Shown one piece after another: positions 9,082-16,294 of a DNA stretch of 64,000 nucleotides. The notes beneath the pieces were generated by a model. That model was not told the origin of the DNA, ran no database searches, and saw only the letters and a list, made by a program, of their open reading frames with translations. Made by a program: the position numbers and the translations under genes. The stretch covers positions 5,444 through 69,443 of the forward strand of contig CAYXWH010000002.1 of the NCBI GenBank assembly GCA_964468755.1, given 5' to 3'. This DNA comes from an uncultured Dehalococcoidaceae bacterium. Lineage in GTDB: Bacteria; Chloroflexota; Dehalococcoidia; Dehalococcoidales; RBG-16-60-22. How positions within the stretch are numbered: the stretch's first letter is position 1; the number at the start of each line of letters is the position of its first letter.

Positions 9082-11514
9082 ATGCCCCTTATCTCAATTA
9101 GTTGCGCCTGGATTCTGGGAACATTTCTGGGCTCCAAATTTAATTTATCTCCGTTACTGGTGCTCACGGCACTGGTCCCCCTGCCCCTCTTCTTTTTACT
9201 ACGCCGTCACCGTCAAAAAGTAATCGTATCCGTTGTATGCCTCGTTGCCCTGTTTGCCGCCGCTACCTATTCTTATACCAGCTTGCATACCTTCGACGAG
9301 ACCAGTCTGCGCTTCCATAACGACCGTGGTACCGTGACCGTCAAGGGCATCGTCGCCCGGGACCCTGACGTCAGGGACACGAGCACTCGCCTGAATCTCT
9401 CCGCCACCGAAATCAAACTGGGAGACGACTGGCAGGCGGTTGACGGGACGGCGCTGGTGGTGGTGCCCCGTTACCCTGAGTACAGGTACGGCGACCGCCT
9501 CCTTATTACCGGCGAGCTGGCAACACCGCCTCAACTGGATGACTTCGACTACCGGGAATATCTGGCCCATCAGGGGATATATGCCACCATGCTCTACCCG
9601 GAAATAGAGACCATAGAGAGGGAAAAAGGCTCCGCCCTGATGTCGTGGGTCTATTCGGTGCGCAGTCGAATATCCCATACCATCGCCGGGGTCATCCCCG
9701 AGCCGCAGGCATCGCTGGCACAGGCTATTTTACTGGGCATCCGAGGCAATATTCCGCCTGAATTAAAAGCGGACTTCGTCCGCAGTGGCACCGCTCATTT
9801 GCTCGCCATATCGGGGCTTCACCTCAGTATTATCGTTGGCATCCTGCTCAGTGCCGGTATCTGGCTTTTCGGCCGCCGATATTACCTCTATGTCTGGCTG
9901 GCACTGGTGGTCATCTGGCTTTATGTCCTGCTCACCGGCATGCATCCACCGGTGGTACGGGGCGCTATTATGGCCAGCCTGTTTCTATTCGCCGAGCTGC
10001 TGGGCAGGCAGCGCCGCGCCATTACCGCGCTGGTGGCGGCCGCGGCGATAATGGTCGGCATCAGCCCCTATATTCTGGGCGATGCCGCCTTTCAATTGAG
10101 CTTTCTCGCCATGGCAGGGCTCGTCTTCCTGTTCCCCGCTTTTCAGTCGCTGGGCAGACGGGCAATCCGGGCTACGCTGGGGGAAGCGGGGACACCGGTT
10201 GCCCTGGCCAGTACCGCCAGCGATAGTTTCAGCGCAACCCTGGCGGCACTTATCGCGGTATGGCCGGCAATTGCCTACTACTTTGGTATCATCTCCGTGG
10301 TCGGGCCCCTGGCTACCCTTCTGCTCCTGCCCGCCCTGCCGGTGATCATTATCACCGGGGCGCTCACCGGTGTTCTGGGGTTCATCATGCTCCCCGCCGC
10401 ACAGGCTATCGGCTGGCTGAGCTGGCTCTTCCTGTCATACTCAACGGTGGTGGTCGGGGCGCTGGCAACACCGCCACCGTCATCTATCGAGGTTAATTCG
10501 GTTCCCGGCGCTCTGATATGTGCCTACTACGCGATCCTGGCAGCCGTCATCTGGCTTCTGGGACGGCGCCGGCTGACTGTTTCGTTCCCGCAGGCTGCCA
10601 TCAGCCTCAAAAAGAGAATAGGTAATTCCGCCAGCTTCGTTTCCCGCCTTCCCGCCAGATGGACCGTCCCGCCACTGGTCGTGCTCGCCATACTGGCCTC
10701 GCTTACCGCAGTTACCATGCCCGATAATAAACTCCACGTGAGTTTTCTGGACGTTGGTCAGGGTGATGCCATTTTAATCCGTCACGGGACCCAGCAGGTA
10801 CTGGTCGATGGCGGCCCCAGCCCCCGGGCGATAGCGGGGCAACTGGGGAAACAAATGCCGTTCTGGGACCGAACCATTGAGCTACTGGTACTCACCCACC
10901 CCCACCAAGACCACCTCAGCGGACTGGTCGAAGTGCTGCAACGCTTCCGGGTGAAACAGGTGCTCATGGCTGATTGTCCCGTAGATTCACCGCTCTATAA
11001 CCAGTGGTGGCAGCTTATTACCGAAAAGGATATCAAATACACCATAGCCCGGGCGGGTCAGCAGGCAGCCCTGGATGAAGGAATCACCCTGACCGTATTG
11101 CATCCGCCAGCCGGAGCCGGTAACGATACCGGGTTAAATCAGGATAATAAGAGCGTGGTACTGCGATTGACCGACGGTAAGGTCAGTTTCCTGCTCACCG
11201 GCGACATCCTGGCGGATGCCGAACGGGAGCTTGTCGGCAATCGCGCCAACCTCCGCAGCACCGTGCTCAAAGTACCTCACCACGGCGCAGCGACCTCCAC
11301 CACCCCCGAATTTCTGGCGGTCGTCAACCCCCGGCTTGCCGTTATCTCGGTTGGCGCCGATAACAGATTCAACCACCCGGGCGAAGAAGTCATGGTAAGA
11401 CTTCAGGATAGCCCAAACCCGAGATATGTCTATCGCACTGACCAGCACGGTGTCGTTGAATTTACCACTGACGGGGAGCGGCTGTGGGTGGCGACAGAAA
11501 AGAACGCTGACTGA
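9082..11514 (+). CDS. comEC: DNA internalization competence protein ComEC/Rec2 with C-terminal metallo-beta-lactamase domain
   Basis: 810-aa polytopic membrane protein with AHLLAISGLHL, then FLDVGQGDA and THPHQDH (beta-lactamase-fold HxHxDH). Follows comEA. Confidence 0.85.
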   Translation: MPLISISCAWILGTFLGSKFNLSPLLVLTALVPLPLFFLLRRHRQKVIVSVVCLVALFAAATYSYTSLHTFDETSLRFHNDRGTVTVKGIVARDPDVRDTSTRLNLSATEIKLGDDWQAVDGTALVVVPRYPEYRYGDRLLITGELATPPQLDDFDYREYLAHQGIYATMLYPEIETIEREKGSALMSWVYSVRSRISHTIAGVIPEPQASLAQAILLGIRGNIPPELKADFVRSGTAHLLAISGLHLSIIVGILLSAGIWLFGRRYYLYVWLALVVIWLYVLLTGMHPPVVRGAIMASLFLFAELLGRQRRAITALVAAAAIMVGISPYILGDAAFQLSFLAMAGLVFLFPAFQSLGRRAIRATLGEAGTPVALASTASDSFSATLAALIAVWPAIAYYFGIISVVGPLATLLLLPALPVIIITGALTGVLGFIMLPAAQAIGWLSWLFLSYSTVVVGALATPPPSSIEVNSVPGALICAYYAILAAVIWLLGRRRLTVSFPQAAISLKKRIGNSASFVSRLPARWTVPPLVVLAILASLTAVTMPDNKLHVSFLDVGQGDAILIRHGTQQVLVDGGPSPRAIAGQLGKQMPFWDRTIELLVLTHPHQDHLSGLVEVLQRFRVKQVLMADCPVDSPLYNQWWQLITEKDIKYTIARAGQQAALDEGITLTVLHPPAGAGNDTGLNQDNKSVVLRLTDGKVSFLLTGDILADAERELVGNRANLRSTVLKVPHHGAATSTTPEFLAVVNPRLAVISVGADNRFNHPGEEVMVRLQDSPNPRYVYRTDQHGVVEFTTDGERLWVATEKNAD

Positions 11515-11603
11515 CAGTATGCTCCACGTGAGAAAAGTCGCATACATTTCCCTCGCCGCTGACCTAAAATTGGAGTAGGACCAGATAACCGGGAGAGAGG
11601 GAA

Positions 11604-12014
11604 ATGTCCGACGAATCAAACAAAGACGATACGCGGTGGCGGAAAGCGCTAACACCGGAACAATACCGGGTCACCCGTGAAAAAGGGACGGAGCCACCAT
11701 TTACTGGCGCCTATTACCATTTAAACGAACCGGGCACCTACCGGTGCGTCTGCTGCGGTAATGAATTGTTCCCTTCGGAAACCAAGTTTGATTCCGGCAC
11801 CGGCTGGCCCAGCTTCTGGGCGCCAATTTCAGAGGAGAACGTTCAAGCCGCCGTTGATAGCCGACACGGTATGGTACGGACGGAGGTGCTCTGCCCACGG
11901 TGCGGTGCCCACCTCGGTCATGTATTTGACGATGGGCCACTGCCGACCGGGCAGCGCTACTGTATTAACTCCGCAGCGCTTGACTTCGTCGCTGCCCCCC
12001 GTGACAGCCAGTAA
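11604..12014 (+). CDS. msrB: Peptide-methionine (R)-S-oxide reductase
   Basis: [30 protein letters not shown] and the catalytic RYCINS motif. Confidence 0.9.
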   Translation: MSDESNKDDTRWRKALTPEQYRVTREKGTEPPFTGAYYHLNEPGTYRCVCCGNELFPSETKFDSGTGWPSFWAPISEENVQAAVDSRHGMVRTEVLCPRCGAHLGHVFDDGPLPTGQRYCINSAALDFVAAPRDSQ

Positions 12015-12024
12015 TGAGAGACCA

Positions 12025-12834
12025 ATGGCACATATCAATCAAACCATGATTATTGTGATATCGATTATCAGCCTGGCCATACTTATCGCCGCCGGCTACC
12101 TTCTTATCCCGCGGCAAGACAAGGCACCGGTGGCGTCGCCGGTAAATACCCCTGCCCGCCAGACGGCCATACCATCCATCGATACCGCTGCCCCCGCCGG
12201 CACGGAAACAGCCACGTTTGCCCTGGGCTGATTCTGGGGACCAGACTCCCGGTTCGGGAGCATCCCCGGAGCAATCCGCACCCGGGTCGGTTATGCCGGA
12301 GGCAGCACCGGCAACCCCACGTATTACAATCTGGGCGACCATTCCGAGACGGTGCAGATCGACTATGACCCGAGCCGGATTTCATATGGCGAACTGCTGG
12401 ACATTTTCTGGAACAGCCACTATCCCGTTGCTGAACCAGGATCGCGGCAATACATGTCCATCATCTTCTATCATAATGAAGAGCAGGAAAGGCTGGCGCT
12501 GGAATCCAAAGCTCGTGAGGAAGCCAGACTAAACAGACCGTTCTTCACGGAAATAGTCCCCGCCTCTGAATTTTTCCTGGCTGAGCAGTACCATCAGAAA
12601 TATTACCTCCGCCAGGTACCGGAACTTTTACGCGAGTTCGCTGCCATTTATCCCAACGCCGAGGACTTTATCGCCTCCACCGCCGCGGCGCGTGTCAACG
12701 GATACCTCGGCGGCTACGGTACTCCATCAGCGCTGTCAGCAGAGATAGATACCCTGGGCTTGTCCCCGGAGGGCAAGGCAAAGCTAAACCGGATTGTATC
12801 AGCATCAGCGGGAAAGTACGCCTGCTCCACGTAA
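12025..12834 (+). CDS. msrA: Peptide-methionine (S)-S-oxide reductase MsrA with in-frame TGA (candidate selenocysteine U69) at the catalytic Cys position and an N-terminal hydrophobic anchor
   Basis: The single frame from 12025 to 12834 reads MAHINQTMIIVISIISLAILIAAGYLL...TATFALG-TGA-FWGPDSRFGSIPGAIRTRVGYAGGSTGNPTYYNLGDHSETVQIDYDP.... The TGA at 12229-12231 replaces Cys of the MsrA GCFWG motif. The ORF track splits this gene into 11761-12231 and 12352-12834, which share one frame. Confidence 0.75.
12234..12269 (+). promoter_or_regulatory. SECIS-like bipartite RNA hairpin 3' of the msrA TGA
   Basis: Lower stem CUGGGGA (12234-12240) pairs with UCCCCGG (12263-12269). An internal loop follows. 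Upper stem CUCCCG (12246-12251) pairs with CGGGAG (12255-12260), with apical GUU (or GGUUC). The apical loop lies about 20 nt after the TGA. Confidence 0.5.
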
Positions 12835-12901
12835 CACTGGCACGATAAAGCCAGATAGGGTATAATGGGCGGTAAGTAATAGTGGTGGAGTTCCGTACTA
12901 G

Positions 12902-13438
12902 ATGAAAGCATTTTTCCGCGAATTTCTGATAACAATCGCCATTGCCGCTGTAATCTGTATCGCCTTTCAGTCCACTCTCCAGACTTTTATCGTGGTCATG
13001 ACCAGCATGGAACCCAACTTTCATGAGGGACAGCGCCTTCTGGTCAATAAAGCCGTCTACTTTTTCGAAGAACCGGAACGCGGCGACGTCATCATTTTTA
13101 AGGCGCCGGGAAACCGGCAAGGCGATTATATCAAGCGGATTATCGCCCTACCCGGTGACAACGTCGAGATAAAGGACGAAGCCGTCTATATCGACGGGAG
13201 CCGGCTGGACGAGCCCTATATCATGAGCCCGCCCGGCTACACGCTCGCCGAGCAGGAAGTACCCGAGTGCAGCTACTTCGTCCTCGGCGATAACCGCAAC
13301 AACAGTGACGACTCTCACCATGGCTGGTACGTGCCCGAAGATAATATTATTGGCAAAGCCTGGCTCTCCATCTGGCCGCCGGACAAATGGGAGGTAGTCC
13401 CTGACTACCGGCTGGAGGAGCAACTGGCAAGTTCCTGA
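12902..13438 (+). CDS. lepB: Signal peptidase I
   Basis: N-terminal TM segment, SMEP (catalytic Ser region), GDYIKRIIALPGD and FVLGDNRNNSDDSH boxes. Confidence 0.85.
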   Translation: MKAFFREFLITIAIAAVICIAFQSTLQTFIVVMTSMEPNFHEGQRLLVNKAVYFFEEPERGDVIIFKAPGNRQGDYIKRIIALPGDNVEIKDEAVYIDGSRLDEPYIMSPPGYTLAEQEVPECSYFVLGDNRNNSDDSHHGWYVPEDNIIGKAWLSIWPPDKWEVVPDYRLEEQLASS

Positions 13439-13452
13439 GAAGGGGTACTGAC

Positions 13453-14034
13453 GTGACCGACAACGTTGAAAAAGTCTTCGAGAAAGCCGGGGCAGTGCTC
13501 AAAGGGCATTTCCTGCTTGCCTCCGGTCGGCACTCCCCGGTCTACTGGGAGAAGTTCCAGGTGCTGCAATTCCCCCACTATACCGAACAGCTCTGCGGTA
13601 TGATTGCCCGCCACTTCCGGAATAAAGACGTCCAGGTGGTTGCCGGGCCCACCACCGGCGGCATCATTCTCGCTCATGAAACCGCCCGCCAGCTTGGCGT
13701 GCGCAGCATTTTCGCCGAAGCGGCAAGCGGCGGGGAACGAGCCTTCCGTCGCGGTTTCACGCTTGCCCCGGGAGAACGGGTGCTCATCGTCGACGACATT
13801 CTTACCACCGGCGGGTCGATTCGCGAGGTCCTGGCGGCAGTCAACCAGCTGGGAGGAAATGTCATCGGTATCGGCGTGCTGGTGGACCGCTCCGAAAAGG
13901 AACCGGATTTCGGGGCGCCTCTGTTCAGCTGCCTCCGTTCCGAGACGATAACCTACTCGCCGGACAACTGCCCGCTCTGTGCTGCCGGCATGCCCCTGAC
14001 CAAGCCGGGCAGCAGCCAGCGACAACCGGGCTAA
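13453..14034 (+). CDS. pyrE: Orotate phosphoribosyltransferase
   Basis: GHFLLASGRHSPVY and the PRPP-binding VLIVDDILTTGGSIRE motif. GTG start. Confidence 0.85.
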   Translation: MTDNVEKVFEKAGAVLKGHFLLASGRHSPVYWEKFQVLQFPHYTEQLCGMIARHFRNKDVQVVAGPTTGGIILAHETARQLGVRSIFAEAASGGERAFRRGFTLAPGERVLIVDDILTTGGSIREVLAAVNQLGGNVIGIGVLVDRSEKEPDFGAPLFSCLRSETITYSPDNCPLCAAGMPLTKPGSSQRQPG

Positions 14035-14067
14035 CGTTTACCACCGGTCAAGAAGGGGAGGTTTACC

Positions 14068-14523
14068 ATGGAAACCGCCACCCTGGTCGCCATTATTATC
14101 ATCATCACCGCCATCCTGGCAATTGTCGCCATGTACTACTTCGCCCAGATGAAATGGGAACGGCGGTTCCGAAACTGGCAACAGGCCGAGGAATTGAGGT
14201 GGCAGGAGGAAATGGCGAAAGCGGCTAAGTCAGCCGTTACCCAGAGCCGGGCGGTGCTGGGCGGTAAATTCACCGAACAGATGGCACCGTTCCTGCCTGA
14301 ATTCAACTATGACCCCACCGAAGCCCGATTTATTGGCAGTCCCATTGATTTTATCGTCTTCCCCGGACTGTCCCAGGGAGACCCGCGTGAAATAATCATC
14401 ATGGAAATAAAAAGCAGCAAGAACAGCCAGCTTACCCCTGCCGAACGAAAAATCCGCCAGTTGATTGAAGACGGCATGGTCAGATGGGAACTTATCCGGA
14501 AGCCGAATGAGGAACTCGGCTGA
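14068..14523 (+). CDS. Membrane-anchored endonuclease related to archaeal Holliday junction resolvase (COG4741-like)
   Basis: N-terminal TM segment, then a coiled stretch, then GGKFTEQMAPFLPEFNYDPTEARFIGSPIDFIVFPG...IIIMEIKSS..LTPAERKIRQLIE. From memory this resembles the Endonuc_Holl family pattern. No search was run. Confidence 0.55.
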   Translation: METATLVAIIIIITAILAIVAMYYFAQMKWERRFRNWQQAEELRWQEEMAKAAKSAVTQSRAVLGGKFTEQMAPFLPEFNYDPTEARFIGSPIDFIVFPGLSQGDPREIIIMEIKSSKNSQLTPAERKIRQLIEDGMVRWELIRKPNEELG

Positions 14524-14529
14524 GGATGG

Positions 14530-16242
14530 CTATGTCCGCCCGAACTCACGGGCAATCTGCCCGGAACTGAGGTGAATCATGGTCGGCCTTCCATGCGGGC
14601 AGGTATACGGACTCTCCGCCTGCTCCAGCTGGCGCACCAGCTCCCTCATTTCATCGTCGGTCATTGACTGCCCCGACCTTACCGCCCCGTGACAGGCAAT
14701 AGACTCGATTATCTTTTCTTCCCAGTCATCGCTCCGGCCCGAAGACAGGGAATCCAGCAACTCCCGCAACACCCCCGCCCAGTCGGCACCGTGCAGCAGG
14801 GAGGGTACCGCCCGCACCAGATAGGTACGGTCGCCAAACGGCTCCAGCGTGAAGCCAAACCCGGCCAGCTTGCCGCACCATGACGACAGGACTTCCGCCT
14901 GCCGGGGACTGACATCCAGCGGTACCGGCTCCAGAAGCCCCTGGACCGGTATGGCTTGCCCGGCCCGCTGCCGCCGAACCATATCAAACCGCACCCGCTC
15001 GTGGGCAGCATGCTGGTCAATGAGATAAAGCCCGTCGGGACCCTCAGCAATAATATAGCTGTTCAGCACCTGGCCCAGCACCCGTAGCACCGGGAGCGAC
15101 GCCGTGAAAAGCGATGGCGCCTGGGACGGGTGGTGAGCCGGGTGGTTTTCCACCGGGGCTGGTGCCACCGAAGCCGACCCTCTGGCTGCCGGCGCGCTGT
15201 AGCGAGTCGCCACCTCTTCAATAGCCGGCACTACCATTTGCTCGACCAGAGCCTGACGGACCGCCTTCTGGACCGCCGTGAAAACGGCGTGCTCATTGCG
15301 GAATTTGACCTCGCGCTTGGCGGGGTGGATGTTCACGTCCACTTCCGGTGCCGGTAGCCGGATATTGAGCACCGCTACCGGGTGCCTCCCTACCATCAAC
15401 AGCCCGTGATAGGCCTCCTCCACCGCCCGCGCCAGGAGACGGCTATTCACCCAGCGGCGGTTGACGAAGAAGCTGAGGTAGCCCCGACCGGAACGGCTGA
15501 CCGCTGGTGCGGTGACCATACCGGTTACCCCGATGGCGTCGGCGCCACCGTCCCACTGCCTCCCGGCAATGCCCACCTCCAGCATATTACCGGCGATTTC
15601 AGTACCGAATACCTCGAGGATACTGTCCGTCAGCCGGCCACGACCCGGGGTTCGCAACGATATTTTCCCGTCGATGACAAGGGTAAATCTGACCTCGTGA
15701 TAGGCAAGCGCACACTGGCTGATGACACTGGCGATATGGCTGTTTTCGGTAGCTGCCGACTTCAGGAATTTACGCCTCGCCGGAACGTTATGGAACAAGT
15801 CCCGTACCGTTATGGTGGTGCCCCGGGCGCGTCCCTGACCTTCCCGCCGGCTAATTGCCTCGTCGGTAATAGTGACATGGGCGCCGACTGTCTCGCCGGC
15901 GGCACAGGTAACCATATCCACCTGCGCCACCGCGGCGATGCTGGGCAACGCTTCACCACGGAAGCCCAGACTGCCAATGGAGATCAGGTCAGCCAGCGTG
16001 TCTATCTTGCTGGTGGCGTACCGTTGAAAGGCAAGCCCCACTTCATCCGCCGGAATACCGGCACCATTGTCGGTTACCTTAATCTGGCTTACCCCGCCAC
16101 CCCCCGCTTCCACCGTAATCTGGTCGGCTCCGGCATCCAGTGCGTTCTCCACCAGCTCCTTCACTACCGATGCCGGCCGCTCCACCACCTCACCGGCGGC
16201 AATCTGGGAGACCGTCTTCCTGTCTAAAACTCTGATGGTCAT
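14530..16242 (-). CDS. mutL: DNA mismatch repair endonuclease MutL
   Basis: N-terminus MTIRVLD..VSQIAAGEVVERPASVVKELVENALDAG (GHKL ATPase). C-terminal endonuclease motif DQHAAHERVRF and CPHGRP. ATG 16242 is preferred over 16320, which would overlap pcrA. Confidence 0.9.
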   Translation of the reverse strand: MTIRVLDRKTVSQIAAGEVVERPASVVKELVENALDAGADQITVEAGGGGVSQIKVTDNGAGIPADEVGLAFQRYATSKIDTLADLISIGSLGFRGEALPSIAAVAQVDMVTCAAGETVGAHVTITDEAISRREGQGRARGTTITVRDLFHNVPARRKFLKSAATENSHIASVISQCALAYHEVRFTLVIDGKISLRTPGRGRLTDSILEVFGTEIAGNMLEVGIAGRQWDGGADAIGVTGMVTAPAVSRSGRGYLSFFVNRRWVNSRLLARAVEEAYHGLLMVGRHPVAVLNIRLPAPEVDVNIHPAKREVKFRNEHAVFTAVQKAVRQALVEQMVVPAIEEVATRYSAPAARGSASVAPAPVENHPAHHPSQAPSLFTASLPVLRVLGQVLNSYIIAEGPDGLYLIDQHAAHERVRFDMVRRQRAGQAIPVQGLLEPVPLDVSPRQAEVLSSWCGKLAGFGFTLEPFGDRTYLVRAVPSLLHGADWAGVLRELLDSLSSGRSDDWEEKIIESIACHGAVRSGQSMTDDEMRELVRQLEQAESPYTCPHGRPTMIHLSSGQIAREFGRT

Positions 16243-16294
16243 CTCGGTATCATAGTACACGTTTCCGTGTAAAAACGCAATGCCCTTGCCGTGA

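Noticed and set aside
11761-12231. A 156-aa ORF in the track that looks like an independent gene overlapping msrB.
   Set aside because: Its first ~88 codons are an alternative frame of msrB and have no coding features. Only the part from ATG 12025 is real, and it is the N-terminus of msrA. It ends at the TGA (12229-12231) that I interpret as a Sec codon. It is not a separate gene.
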